DNA from: Dehalococcoidia bacterium
GTDB taxonomy: Bacteria; Chloroflexota; Dehalococcoidia; Dehalococcoidales; Fen-1064
Length of the DNA: 46,247 bases
Direction: 5' to 3'
NCBI GenBank assembly: GCA_003162335.1
Contig: PMMG01000057.1
Span: 991-47,237 of the forward strand
The translations under genes and the position numbers were made by a program. This document shows, piece after piece, positions 45,936 through 46,247 of the stretch (position 1 is the stretch's first letter; every line of letters begins with the position of its first letter). The notes below the pieces were generated by a model. That model was given only the letters and a program-made list of their open reading frames with translations. It was not told the DNA's origin and ran no database searches.

Positions 45936-45964
45936 ATTCTAACAAACAACTGATATAGTGTCAA
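45936..45964 (-). promoter_or_regulatory. Sigma-70-type promoter (TTGACA, 17 nt spacer, TAGAAT) on the minus strand
   Basis: The reverse complement reads ttgaca-ctatatcagttgtttgt-tagaat. The -35 is at 45964-45959 and the -10 at 45941-45936. Confidence 0.6.
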
Positions 45965-46203
45965 ATGAATTTTAACTATCAGGCTTATTTTTCAGCGTTC
46001 CGCGAATAGTTTTAAGTTGTGCGTTTTGAGTAGAAATCGAAACAATTGTCTGAAGTCTATTCCCAGTAAACAAAATCGGCATCCACTAATTTATCGCGTT
46101 AAAATGGATTCCTGCATATTTCCAAACCAGACTGCTGAATTAATGTCTTTTTTCACGCATTTCGATGTTATACGTTAGCTGAGGTTGTCCGAAAATTCCC
46201 TGG

Positions 46204-46226
46204 ATTGTCGGGTCAAGCCCGACAAT
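46204..46226. repeat. Perfect 9-bp-stem extragenic hairpin (REP-like palindrome)
   Basis: attgtcggg-tcaag-cccgacaat. There is only one copy in the window and no adjacent U-tract on either strand. Confidence 0.4.
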
Positions 46227-46247
46227 GACAAAAACAAATATTCTATT

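Noticed and set aside
1-46247. A window-wide search for CRISPR arrays, transposases or integrases, rRNA, toxin-antitoxin modules and known defence genes.
   Set aside because: No regularly spaced direct repeats are present, and no ORF carries transposase, integrase, Cas or nuclease-NTPase defence motifs. The only repeat structures are the tRNA-derived repeat, the XRE boxes and isolated hairpins.

Overview
This is a chromosomal segment from an anaerobic bacterium. Several traits are reminiscent of Chloroflexota/Dehalococcoidia: Thr-rich lipoprotein linkers, frequent GTG/TTG starts, archaeal-type homocysteine genes and a tungsten enzyme. Taxonomy cannot be proven from the sequence alone. I support about 40 protein genes, one tRNA-Gly(UCC) and one decayed tRNA-Gly copy. 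I found no rRNA, CRISPR array, transposase or integrase.

Housekeeping genes include alaS, ruvX, tgt, purF, otsB, a phosphofructokinase, rpiB, tldD/pmbA and an RNB ribonuclease. Between them sit three themed blocks.

1. Tungsten/aldehyde block. An MFS transporter is followed by a glycyl-radical-enzyme (GRE) homologue, a MoaD-like protein ending in Gly-Gly, and an aldehyde:ferredoxin oxidoreductase (1.9-8.3 kb). About 35 kb away, a tungstate/molybdate ABC operon lies behind a candidate Moco/Tuco riboswitch and is headed by two paralogous lipoproteins of unknown function (41.0-45.96 kb).
2. Sulfur block (19.7-24.5 kb). COG1900 and NIL-ferredoxin homocysteine genes sit behind a structured terminator/antiterminator leader. 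They converge on a Fur-thioredoxin-YHS-sulfite-reductase-like operon.
3. AT-poorer-to-AT-richer accessory stretch around the tRNA (8.3-15.2 kb). It holds a GH51 arabinofuranosidase, an aldo-keto reductase, a ferritin-like protein, a B12-radical SAM enzyme and small ORFs.

The most unusual single observation is in the GRE homologue. It matches the C-terminal glycyl-radical fingerprint at every conserved position except the radical glycine, which is Ser, and no activase gene is nearby.

Three real genes are missing from the supplied ORF track: an edge-truncated ABC substrate-binding protein (1-1554, minus strand), a YHS-domain mini-protein and a 51-aa membrane protein.

All family assignments rest on motif recognition by eye. 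No searches were run.
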